A stretch of 63,786 bases of DNA, filler included, from Nemertoderma westbladi (lineage: Eukaryota; Animalia; Xenacoelomorpha): NCBI GenBank assembly GCA_032718475.1. It is 3 parts of 3 records of this genome, joined end to end, with 100 filler letters (N's around TTAATTAATTAA, not from the genome) between each part and the next. Parts side by side here need not be neighbours in the genome. Positions count along the whole stretch, not along the records: positions 1 to 23,334 come from JAUCBJ010003136.1; 2 more parts are not named here. One strand, written 5' to 3'. The translations under genes were made by a program, and so were the position numbers. Shown one piece after another: positions 1 to 10,780 of the stretch (position 1 is its first letter; every line of letters starts with the position of its first letter). The notes below the pieces were generated by a model. It was not told the origin of the DNA, ran no database searches, and worked only from the letters and a program-made list of their open reading frames with translations.

Positions 1-2735
1 TGCGGTTTACGTCCACCTGCGGACACCTCAGGTCTACATCGTCCCGGTCCAATTGTATGAGGGGGGCGTACTCGGCTGATTGTCGGAACCGCACTCGGAG
101 GTCTGTGTGTACCAAGGCGTTTTTGATGGTTAGCTTGACCGTCTCGTAGCCCTTCATTACTCCTTCCATTTGGAGTTGCACCTCCCCGGACTCTACCTCT
201 CTGTTATCGGTGATGGTTTGTATGGGCCGTTTACAAGGTTCATATTCTAGGCCGAGTTGCTCGAGGAAATCCCGGTCGATGATGGTTCCGTCGGACCCGT
301 TATCGAGGAACGCGAGTGTCGTCAAAGATTTGCCGACTCCTTGGATCCTTACTGGGATTACCCTTGCGAAGACCATGTAGCGGCGATTTATAAGATTACT
401 CATGGCCGAAATATTTGTTACTTGTGGTGTATCGGTGGAGATTTTAAACGGGTTGGTTTCTCTCCGTTGGGTTGTCCGGGTTCCTTTGAAGACGTGGTTT
501 GTTTCTCCTCTTCGCCTGGCTTCGATCCGAAAGGGGAGGGTAGTAAAATCGAAGTTCGCGGGGATGTGGAGGAGCGTGTGATGGCGTTGGTCGTTACAGA
601 CAGCACAGCACGACCTTTGGTCGCAATCCCGAACGTAGTGACCTGTTCCAAGACACCGGAAGCATCCTCGGTGTTTCATCATCGCCTCGAAGCGTGGGAC
701 GAGTTCAGCAAACTGGAACTTTCCGCAGAATTCCAACTTATGTTTCTCTCCGCAGAAGAGACATATAGGGGAGGCTGTGGTGCCTTCCCTTTCTGCTAAG
801 GTCGGTTCCTCGTAATCCTCGTCATCCGAGTCCTCAGCCATACTGATGGCCATCGCACTCACAGGAGTAGGGCGGAATCTTGGGTTTGGAGTGGGTGCCC
901 TGCTCTGGTAATTGCTCTCCATTGCGTCCAACTTGGCGAGACTCTGTTTCGAGAACATCGAGTCATTCATGGCTTCGGAGATGTCATCCAGGAATGCCGA
1001 CATTTCGAGGAAGCTGGGATCTTGATCTGGATGTCTGCGCCGGAGATCTACGCATTTATAGGCCCACTTACTTTGCAGCCATCCGGGGAACTTCCGGGCG
1101 ATCTGTCGGAGGTTTAGAATGTTGTTCACCTGGTCCTCCTTATTTAAGGGTTTCAGAGTGTAGTAGGCATCCTTCATAGAGTCGGAGAATTCCTGTATGT
1201 TCTGTGGGTCCCCTAGTGATCCCGCATCCTGTATCAGTCTCTCTAGAGTTTTATTAATTATAGTTCCGGTATTTCCGTATCTTTTATCTAGAGTTTTCCA
1301 TGCGTCATAGTATGCCTCATGAGAGCCTCCTTCAAAACATGCAACAATTCTGCGTGGTTTGTCACCCAGGTATTGCGATAAATATACCAATTTCTGTGCG
1401 TCGGCTATGTCCGTTGATCCAATCTGCGCAAAGAACCGTTTCTTGAATCTGAGGTAATCGACGGGATCTCCTTCGAAGGTGCGAATCTCCATCTTCGGCA
1501 TGGCAAGGCGGTTCTCCAACGCCCGGATGATGCTGACGTCGTCTGAACTGGAGTGACTCGGAGGGTTATAGTTATTGGCACTCACTCCCATACTTGATGG
1601 ATCAATAATAGGCGGAGTTTTAATAATGACGCGGCTGCGAGTTTGTGGTGTTGATGTAAATGGGTTGTTTGATCGGGGAGTGGCGTCCCGTTCCGAGTCC
1701 TTTTCAGGCTCGTACTTGGGTACACTCGCTGTCGTGGTATTGGATGGGAAATAGGGTTCCTCATTCTTTAGCGTAGCCGGTGGGGGATGAAACACCGGAG
1801 CTTGTGCCGATAGCGTAGACTGTTTGGTAGGCGGGATCTCGAGTTTCGGAGGTTTCGTCGCTGTTGGTGTAAATGACTTTTCTAACTCCGGTATCGGAAT
1901 TGGTTCATATTCCTGATCTATATCCCTTTCCCAGTCCTCGTAGAGTTGAATATCTCGTTCTATAAGTGCGGCCTCGTATTCCGCCAGTTTCGCAATATCT
2001 GCATTCTTTTTGTGAGTGAGAATCGCTTGGGCCTCGGCGTGTTGTTTACGCATTTCTGCTTCCCATTTACGTTGTTCGATCTCTTGTTTGGCCTCTCGTT
2101 CATGTTGTTCGATCTCTCGTTTGGCCTCTTGTTCACATTGTTCACTCATCTTCCATCCGAGCTTTGAGGGCTAATGCCTTCCGTTCTCGCAGTTGGTCTC
2201 GGAGTGGCTGACCCCCTTGAGAGCTATGCGCTGAGCCGGATCTCTCGCTCCTAGCGCTGGAGTGCTGATTTCTAGCGGACCCCGTTCTTTTTCGATGTAC
2301 TGCCGTCCTGATGCTGGAGGATCGCACTGATTCCGCGTCTGTTCTTTCAGCCCTCTTGTAGTACTGTTCCTCATAGCCTCTCACAAGGCTGAGGGTCCTC
2401 CGGTGTTGTTTGCGGAACCCATCTAGATGTACAACGTGTTCTTCCAACTTGGGGTAGTTTTCCTGATCGGTGGAGGGAACGAGATCTTGGTACGCCTGTA
2501 TCATTCTTTCGTACCGCTGTAGGATATTTCGGATACTTTGAAGCTGAGTTTGTACCTCATTGAGGGGGGTTTTGACTCCCTTGAGTTGTTTCTCCATCCG
2601 TTGATACGCTCGGGTTACTCCGCCTTTAAGGGCCCCTAACCGACGGGTCATGTTCTTGACGTTTGGTACCTCGTCGGTTTCCGAGTCTGTGTGGTGATCC
2701 ATCTCGTCGGTATCGGATACGTTATTTGTTGTCAT
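1..2735 (-). CDS. BEL/Pao Gag-protease polyprotein, 3' truncated by the window, one frameshift near 2142
   Basis: ATG 2735 gives 197 aa to TGA 2142-2144; a shifted frame is then open to base 1 by manual translation. Motifs: LAMPKMEIRTFEGDPVDY...AWKTLDKRYG (~1280-1515), CLFCGEKHKLEFC, CFRCLGTGHYVRDC, CAVCNDQRHHTLLH (~565-762), protease FLDNGSDGT (~285-312). Confidence 0.88.
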
Positions 2736-2923
2736 TGTAACGCCTCGTCGATGGCTAGATACGCGATGTCGTAAAACAGTTCCTCGTAGGTATTGTACTC
2801 AGCTTGGACCACCCGAACAGTAATCCTGAATCGTCCAACGTTCGTTCCTTGCACCTCAACTTCGACGTGCCAGATTCCTGGCTCAACTTGAATTATATCA
2901 ATGGGTGTGATCGATACTTCCAT
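2732..2923 (-). CDS. Putative 63-aa upstream ORF of the BEL/Pao element
   Basis: ATG-initiated. Its TGA overlaps the gag ATG (ATGA). Amphipathic beta/alpha-looking sequence; no recognised family. Confidence 0.35.
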   Translation of the reverse strand: MEVSITPIDIIQVEPGIWHVEVEVQGTNVGRFRITVRVVQAEYNTYEELFYDIAYLAIDEALQ

Positions 2924-3584
2924 TCCCTGTTAACAACTCTCCAAATATGTGATCTGCCGACTACGAGTTGGTTAGATCGAGTTTGCTGATTAATTAAACC
3001 ACGACTTTGTCTCAACTCAAATACCAGAGTTTCCTCGTAGTGGGTGCTGGCAAGCACGTAGAGAGTTTTTGAAGAGTATTGAAGGATTCTCAACTTCCAC
3101 CAGTTGAAGTTGACCGTAATTATCCTTAATTTTGACACCCTGTCAAAATTAACCGTATGAATTATTCTTAATTTTGTTGCCGTTATCCCTACACCAGGGG
3201 GAAAAACGCCGATGCTGGAGACGTGACTTAACAGACCACCGAGCCCCGGCCAGTCACCGGATATTGATTGTGGGGAGGGAATATTTTCTGAGATGCAAGT
3301 TTGCGGTTGATAAAAAGCTGCATTAGTTGGATATACTCTTTAATGTAACTTCCTATAGTTGAAACCTGTTCAACATCATTGAAACTTGATTAAGAATAAT
3401 TTTGGGCTTCCCCAAATCAATATACACCAAATATTCACAATAATTATACACGATAATATAAATCCCTACAGTATATTATTTAATAACCCACTGTTTGCTC
3501 AGAATTTTAGCCTACCTAATGTTCCCCAGATTTTCCCTCGGTCCCAGTCTTAGTGCCGTAGAGTCGGTGTCGGTGTCGGTCGAC

Positions 3585-4390
3585 CCTGTCGCGTGTCCGT
3601 TCCACCCCTCACGAACCCCGAAGGGAACGATCATCGAGAACCAGCACGGCTTGGCTAAGGGTCGGTCCAGTCGGTAGACTCTGTCGCGTGTCCGTTCCAC
3701 CCCTCACGAACCCCGAAGGGTTCGATCATCGAGAACCAGAACGGCTTGGCTAGGGGTCCGTCGGTTCATCACAGAAACCCAACCACCTAGGCTTTCCGAG
3801 TCCGTTTCAGGCTCGTAGTCGCTTCGGCAGCCGAGAAACTGCTCCGAACAGTCGGTAGGCCAGTAGAGTCTAGTCGAGTCTAGTCCTTTGTCTTTCGACC
3901 CCATCGCTTGTCCGTTCCACCCCTCACGAACCCCGAAGGGTTCAATCATCGAGAACCAGTACGGCTTGGCTAAGGGGTCTGTCGTCGGTTCCCGTCGCAA
4001 ATCCCAGTACAAGCAGTCAGCGTTCCGAGTTCTTTTCAGTCTCGTAGTAGCTGCCGTTGACCAGAGACCGCTAAGGGCAGTTCTCGTCAAACCCGTCCTG
4101 TGGCCAGCCCTTTCGCATGTCCGTCCCACCCCTCACGAACCCCGAAGGGATCGGTCATCGAGAACCAGTACAGCTTAGGTCAGGGGGCAGTCGTTAGTTG
4201 GCCACCCGTTCGCGTGTCCGCTCCACCCCTCACTAACCCCGGGGTTCGATCATCGAGAACCAGAACGGCTTGGCTACTAAGGGGCCGTCAGTGCCCGTCG
4301 CAAATCCCTGACACAAGCAGTCAGCGGTCCGAGTTCTTTTCAGTCTCGTAATGGCTGCTGTTGGCCAGGGACCGCTAAGGGCAGTCCTTG
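3585..4390 (-). repeat. Five ~60-nt hairpin repeats with box C/D-type kink-turn cores in the retrotransposon leader/LTR
   Basis: Cores at 3605-3642, 3700-3737, 3920-3957, 4129-4166 and 4226-4261. Best copy on minus: UCUC-GAU-GA-U-CGAACCC-UUCG-GGGUUCG-U-GA-GGGG. Confidence 0.75.
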
Positions 4391-5059
4391 TCCTTTAGGC
4401 CTGGCGCATTACCAAATCCACCCCTACAGGCAGCAGGAAGTTGGCCAGGGCCTAATAGTACTCAGGCTAACCTGAATACTGCTTGCATTTTCCATCCCCC
4501 CTGGCCCTTATAACTATGAAATTATTCCCGTACCCTGTAAGTTGCCCCAAAGTTCGCCCATAAATCGCCCCCAGTTTATTGAATGTGCCCAAAACCCATG
4601 GTCCCGCACCCAGTAGTAATATCGGAATAATCAATTTTAATAAAATACAAAAATATTCAACTCGCGTTATGAAAAGTTGAAATACCGCGAACAATAGTTG
4701 ATCGCATTCTTAAGGGGCAAGCATTTTCAAGTGTGAAGAATGTTTGGATTTGTACATTTGGAATTGGAATACAGAGTTTACTAAACCCGGACCCAAAAGT
4801 CAACCTGGAAGAGCAACGAAAATTTCCAGTCATCACATACAGCAGGAAGTTCCAATTTGGGTTGGAATTATCCAAAGGCAAAATTAGCATATGAATCATT
4901 GTTGGGTTCGGATGATGAGAATTGCTCATCTGCGTGGTTACACCAGTCAGACACCTTAGAACTAACATAACTTGATGAACTAAGCTGAACTAAGTAAAAT
5001 TGCAACTCCGCAAAGCTCCCTATCCCCAGTGACTTTCGCGAGATAATCCGCACTTTCAA

Positions 5060-5560
5060 GGCCAGTGTGCTTTAAGAGGCGACTATTAAGAAAGTGATAT
5101 GCTGCTGTCCACCTTGCTTATTTTCTCCATGAGGGCGCCAAAGCTCAATATTATGAACTGGCTAATCCTCAGTGCGAAAGCAATGTCCTGCGAAGTGGTG
5201 GCGGCTCTATTTTAGTCTCAGTTTGGGGGACCAATGGAACACATACAATGTAGATAGTGTCTGTTTGGAGATGTGTTCATTATGTTAGACATAGTGAACC
5301 CAAAGTCGCATTCTTGTGAATGTGCCATCCAGAGATTTGGTGTTCTGAGTAGTCGGAGCCCAGCATAGACTGTACTCCCATAGATGAGTACTGGTTTCAC
5401 TGCTGCTCTAAGTATTCAAACATTTAATTTTCAGACCTATCCTAATTGACTTCCGATTCCTGGACAACCCATTCAATGCTGCCTATTCCTTCCCCTTTAT
5501 TATTAGAGGGTATCACCTGACTTGGGTCTTCTCCTGACCTGATCGATAGGATAATAATAC
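5060..5560 (-). mobile_element. Degenerate RTE-clade LINE fragment (RT C-terminal region)
   Basis: Broken translation KPVLIYGS..., visibly similar to the RTE remnant at 36560-37800. Confidence 0.6.
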
Positions 5561-5750
5561 ATAACACTGCTCCTGAGCGGAAGTTAATTTTAATTGTTAT
5601 TTTTATTTTACATAAATAAAGCATTACTTTATTTTGCTCGTAGTTGTATTTTATTCTAATCAACAATCGCAAATTATAATTATAGGGGCCTACTTCGTTG
5701 TGAGTGTGCTAATTCACAAATTGCATTGATTGTGGTTTCAAAGAATAAAC

Positions 5751-7544
5751 ATGGATTTTCTTAACCAAACTGTCACAAAAATTCCTGACGAAAAACGCCA
5801 TCTTTCCATTCCTGATTATGTTGTTTTCATTTCGATGCTGGTAATATCAGCATCTATTGGGATATTCTACGCCTGTACCGGCGGTAAACAGAAAACCACC
5901 AACGAGTTTCTGATGGCGAATCGATCGATGAAATGGATTCCGGTTGCGATGTCACTCATGGCGACTTATATGTCCTCAATTACATTACTGGGAACTCCGT
6001 CGGAGATCTATGTATTTGGAACTCACTATATAACTATATGGATAGCATACATTTTGGCTGTGTCCATCTCTTCAATAGTATACATGCCGATATTCCATAA
6101 CCTCAATCTCACCAGCACGAATGAATATCTACAACTCCGATTTGGTACCCTTGCTCGAAGATTAGTCGCTGCCTTGTTTATACTGCAAATGGTTTTATAT
6201 TTGGGCATTGTATTGTATGGACCAGTATTGGCACTGAGTTCGGTCACTGGTCTCTCCTTGTACGGTTCGGTTCTCGCAATTGGTTGCGTTTGTATATTTT
6301 ACACCTCAATTGGTGGTCTCAAGGCGGTGGTTTGGGCTGATGTTTTCCAATGTTTTCTCATGTTTGCTGGCATCATAGCTGTCATTATCAAAGGTTCTCT
6401 TGACATGGGCGGCTTTGCGAATATTTGGCGTATTGCAGAGGCTGGTGAACGCATTGAGTTTTTCAATCTAAGCGCGGACCCACGCACGAGAAACACATTA
6501 TGGAGTGTTAGCATTGGTGCAACTTTTACATGGCTAAATATATATGGTGTCAACCAAGCTCAAGTGCAAAGATATCTAGCTATCTCTAAATTAAAGAATG
6601 CGAGATATGCTTTGCTAGTAAATATTCCTTGGCTAATTATACTTTTAATATTAGTTGGTATGTGTGGATTAACAGTTTATGCTGCATATGCGAAATGTGA
6701 CCCAATTTCCGCGGGTTTTATATCCAAAAACGACCAAATTCTTCCTTACTATGTTATTGATAAAATGGGTGATTTTCCTGGCGTCCCAGGACTCTTCATA
6801 GCCTGTATATTTAGCGGTTCACTAAGCACATTGAGTTCTGGTATTAATTCCCTCGCAGTCATATTTATAGAAGATTTTGTACGTCCTTGTTTTTCGAGTG
6901 ATAGATCTTTATCGGAGAATAAGGCAGCAATAATTTCCAAAATATTGTCTTTGTCTTTTGGTCTCGCTACTGTGGCTGTGGCTTTTCTTGCATCGGTACT
7001 TGGACCTATACGTCAGCTCGCATATATTATTTGGGGGATCATTGGTGGACCTGTGTTGGGAATATTTTCACTGGGAATATTGTTCCCCGGGGCGAACCAT
7101 AAAGGTGCTGTAATTGGATTGATTTTGGGCTTGGCTATCTGTGTTTGGATAGGTGTCGGTGCCCAGATATACAAACCCCCTCTACTACACACCCCTCCAA
7201 TGTCTACTGAAAATTGCCATGCTAATATAACAGCTGGTTTGTATGTTGTCAATAAAACAATAACGGATTTACCAGTCATTGCTACTACATTGTATGCGAT
7301 TTCATACCTATGGTATGCCCCCATTGGAGCATTAACGACTATATTGGTTGGCGTTATAGTTAGCTTGGCTACTGGGTGGAAATCTGATGTGGATGGGAAG
7401 CTGTTGTTTCCTGTTATTGACGTTATTTCTTCCTGCTTCCCCTTGAAGCTGCGAGCGATATGCGCAATGCATTGCTTAAAAGGATCGTATAGACTCCCAG
7501 TGGAACATCATAGTTTGAGGACTATGGACACAATAAACTGTTGA
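5751..7544 (+). CDS. SLC5/SSF sodium:solute symporter (SMCT/SMVT/NIS-like, SLC5A5/6/8/12 group), intronless CDS
   Basis: 597 aa from first ATG at 5751, many TM helices, with motifs DYVVF..MLVISASIG, TLLGTPSEIY.FG, YTSIGGLKAVVW.DV.Q, NQAQVQRYL and GLFIACIFSGSLST.SSG.NS. Confidence 0.95.
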   Translation: MDFLNQTVTKIPDEKRHLSIPDYVVFISMLVISASIGIFYACTGGKQKTTNEFLMANRSMKWIPVAMSLMATYMSSITLLGTPSEIYVFGTHYITIWIAYILAVSISSIVYMPIFHNLNLTSTNEYLQLRFGTLARRLVAALFILQMVLYLGIVLYGPVLALSSVTGLSLYGSVLAIGCVCIFYTSIGGLKAVVWADVFQCFLMFAGIIAVIIKGSLDMGGFANIWRIAEAGERIEFFNLSADPRTRNTLWSVSIGATFTWLNIYGVNQAQVQRYLAISKLKNARYALLVNIPWLIILLILVGMCGLTVYAAYAKCDPISAGFISKNDQILPYYVIDKMGDFPGVPGLFIACIFSGSLSTLSSGINSLAVIFIEDFVRPCFSSDRSLSENKAAIISKILSLSFGLATVAVAFLASVLGPIRQLAYIIWGIIGGPVLGIFSLGILFPGANHKGAVIGLILGLAICVWIGVGAQIYKPPLLHTPPMSTENCHANITAGLYVVNKTITDLPVIATTLYAISYLWYAPIGALTTILVGVIVSLATGWKSDVDGKLLFPVIDVISSCFPLKLRAICAMHCLKGSYRLPVEHHSLRTMDTINC

Positions 7545-7546
7545 AT

Positions 7547-8808
7547 GGTGTTCGGACACTTCCCCCCCGGACAGTTCCCCCCCGCTCAAGTAGGACACTT
7601 CCCCCCCGGACACTTCCCCCTAGACACTTCCCCCCCCCGGACACCCCCCCCCCCCCGACTATTCTTAACTTCGCACATTCGTATTTTTCGTTTTGTAAGG
7701 TAAACGGACCGCTTGTATCCAGACAAGTTGTATCCAATTTTCCTTTCGTAGCTCAGAAAGTGATCTTTCGCATCCCGATTTTACATTTTATATCCAAGTA
7801 TTATTTATGGGTTTTATCAATGCAATTACATCGTATTGTTTGCTAATCTTTAAACAATTAATTAGATGACCTATAAATTCCATCCCCGAATGATATACTG
7901 TTTTTATTAACTATAGAATTATAATAATTAATTGTTTTAATTATAGGTATTATTATGTAATAGTCTTCTTCAAATTGTAGCAGATGGGGATGAATATTAT
8001 TGTTGCAATCAAAATTATACCTCTCCAGGGTAAAATCGACATGCGTCGACCTGTATTCTGTGTTCAGCATTACATATTGATATACATATTACTACTATAC
8101 ATACTATATAGATATTATACACACTACATATTAAATTTCCTGGTTACTTGCAATATTTTTAATAGGATTTTGTTGAATTATATAATATTGTAGTAATTTA
8201 TATATTAATTTGGTTAACATTCAATACAGCTCCTATTTTAGGCTTAGTCAATTTATTATCTGATGATACAAACATGAATTGATTATTTCAAAACGGTCTC
8301 AAAGTCTTTCACCACGGGCACTCAGGGAAATGCCGCGGTAGAAAAGAAGCAGGGGTTTGGGAGCGGCAGCCCCCAAGAAAAGAAGCGGGGGTTTGGAGGC
8401 GGCAGCCCCCAAGAAAAGAAGCGGGGGTTTGGGGGCGGCAGCCCTTAATTAAAAGAAAAACAAACAAAATTTGACTATAAAAATGTTTCTTTTATAATTT
8501 TGAAAAAATTTGTCTAGATACAACTTGTCCTGTAACCATCTTTAACTTTTGTTTATTGCTTTGATGCACCCAGATTAATTTTAACACTTTAACTGGGGGG
8601 GAAGTGTCCTACTTGGGCGGGGGGAACTGTCCGGGGGGGGGGGGAAGTGTCCGAGGGGGGGGGGAACTGTCCGGGGGGAAGTGTCCTACTTGGGCGGGGG
8701 GGAAGTGTCCGAGAGGGGGGGGGAACTGTCCGGGGGGAAGTGTCCTACTTGGGCAGGGGGGAAGTGTCCGGGGGGGGGGGACTGTCCGGGGGAAAGTGTC
8801 CTAGATCC
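7547..8808. mobile_element. Non-autonomous Mutator-like (MULE/foldback) element
   Basis: Exact 9-bp TSD CTGTTGAAT (7538-7546 and 8809-8817). GG termini. Inverted subterminal GGACACTTCCCCCCC repeats at both ends. Confidence 0.85.
8340..8445 (+). repeat. Three tandem ~36-bp units containing a GGGGGC-GGCA-GCCCCC-type hairpin
   Basis: Directly visible tandem repeat inside the MULE. Confidence 0.7.
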
Positions 8809-9003
8809 CTGTTGAATTTATTATTGAACTTCGACAAAGATACTTCGGATCGTACTATACCCGGATAATCAATAATATTTATGATAGGCCTACAAATGAA
8901 ATGAAACGTTCGTAACAACTATGTAAACATATGATTATGTACTTCATAGTTTATTGAAGAGTTTTGGTGTTTGTACTGTAGACGTAGGTTTGCCGTAGTG
9001 TTC

Positions 9004-9080
9004 GCAGTAGGGTAGCTCAGTTTGTTGAGCGTCGGACCTACCATCTATTGGTTGCAGGTTCGAGTCCCGCCTAGGTTGTC
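9004..9080 (+). mobile_element. tRNA-derived SINE head or pseudo-tRNA
   Basis: A box TAGCTCAGTTTG and B box GGTTCGAGTCC; acceptor stem imperfect. Confidence 0.55.
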
Positions 9081-9570
9081 CAGCTTTTGTTGGAGATGAT
9101 TATTAAAAGTGTAGTAATTTAATGTATTTAGCTGAAAGTTGAATTTAATACAATTGTAATTGTGAAATGGAAATGTTTTTTAAATATCTTAAGATACATC
9201 CAGGAATTTAAGATTGATTTAATTTTAGTAATATAAAAACCAATGCCTATATGTTTTCCCTAAACTTGCGATCTAAAGATACTCTCATTTATTTTAACTT
9301 CATACCTTTTTCAACCTCAGTGCTCCCCCCACTGACTACTTTACCTTTATTTTAAGTCACATTATCTCATACTAACCGCTCCGTGTTATATACTTACTTA
9401 TCTGAATCCCAATAACTGTGAAAATAAGATAATTTACCAAAATAAAATCAATTAATTGCTTTTCAATAATCCTGATATGTGACACTTTTTACAGTTTATT
9501 ATTGGTGTTTTGGGTTAATGAGTAGTTTCATATTAGTATCACTTTTGTTTGTTGGGCACAACTTCGCAAA

Positions 9571-9645
9571 GACGAGTCCAGATGGGTTCGAACTGGTTAC
9601 CTCCAGGTTGGAAGTCTGATACTCTAACCATTCAGCAAGCGGCTC
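9571..9645 (-). mobile_element. tRNA-derived SINE head or pseudo-tRNA
   Basis: Minus strand TGCTGAATGGTTAGAG ... AGTTCGAACCC, tRNA-like spacing. Confidence 0.5.
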
Positions 9646-10780
9646 AGGTAAAATAAACTTTTTACAGGATGTTCAGCACATTTAGTATTTTGGTGCAAGC
9701 CAAGTTTCAGTTAGTTATCATGATATTTAATGCATAATGTTAAAACACATACAACATGTTTATTTATGTTAATCCTATTAGCACTGGGATCAGGGCTATG
9801 GCAATAATTCGGCGCACCCAATATGTTATTCTAACCATGTGAGAGATGCGTTTGCCTAAATACAATAGGAATCACATATCAAGTGAAAAGTAACGAATGT
9901 TCCACAGTTCCTGGACCAAATTGCAAAATGTTGAATTTTCCGATCTTTCTTCAGGACCACTGACTGAATAAATTGAAAGTTTTAGGCTCCATAAATTTAT
10001 GATTTATGAAATTTATGTTTGAGATTTTGCAGCATACTGTATTGTTGTATAACATTGTTATCTGAGTTTTTTGGATGCACAATAGAATGAAATTGACGAT
10101 TGAATTGAAAAATTCGGCGCTTTGAACTTCATCGATGACATTTATATATTTATAAGATAATTTACAACGCAACAATTAATAATTATTTTTAAATAATAAT
10201 TATTTGTGTGAGTACTTTAAACCGAAAGAGCGAGTAACTTTGGGATGATCCAAATTTACCGCGACACCCAAAATTGAATACTTTAATATTTCGAAGCAAA
10301 TAACAGCTGATTACTCCCAAAAAATTACGCCTGCGCCCGATTGCTCTTGCCGGATTTGACACTCAAACTGCTCCGACGGTTACCACGTTTTATCTTGCGC
10401 CCTCTGTCCTTAGCTATCGGAACTCTCGATCTACCTACACAACCTAGCTAATTTAGGCAGTACTGTACCAACGTGCCCCTTTTAGTCAACCGTATTCTGT
10501 GCTATTTAATTTAAATATAATATATTTAACTTAATTAATTACATAGAGTTACTGCGGTTTGAGGCGTAACGATTTAAAAAAAATTGACATTCGTTTATTG
10601 TTTTGGATAGAATAAAGTGGCACTGTAACCTGCTCCCTTCTCTTAATTGCTAATTTTCATTGTGACGAGAAATTTATTCACCGAAATTGTATTTGTTTTG
10701 AAGCGTTTTGCGGCTATTTAAAAAAAAGCAAAATTTTATAATGTAATGATTGCCAGTGCCCCCCCCCCCCCCCCTCCCTT

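Larger units (their letters stand above)
1..4693 (-). mobile_element. BEL/Pao LTR retrotransposon, 5' part (LTR/leader, gag, protease); runs off the window start
   Basis: Minus-strand gag with DUF1759-like segment and three BEL-type zinc knuckles, followed by an aspartic protease. Putative 5' LTR start TGTTCGCGG at 4693 (minus). LTR end and PBS not firmly identified (candidate AAACA-G-TGG near 3488-3496). Confidence 0.9.

Noticed and set aside
257-2374. Short ORFs overlapping gag (e.g. 257-799 +, 880-1179 +)
   Set aside because: Antisense or off-frame shadows of the BEL Gag-protease frame, which the ORF track missed because it runs off the window.
9004-9645. Functional tRNA genes
   Set aside because: A/B boxes are present but acceptor and anticodon stems are poor. 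Similar decayed heads at ~10330-10425, ~43725-43770 and ~50590-50680 point to SINEs.
9860-9963. Candidate terminal exon for the orphan secreted gene
   Set aside because: An acceptor-like site exists at 9964-9965 (minus) but nothing else supports it.
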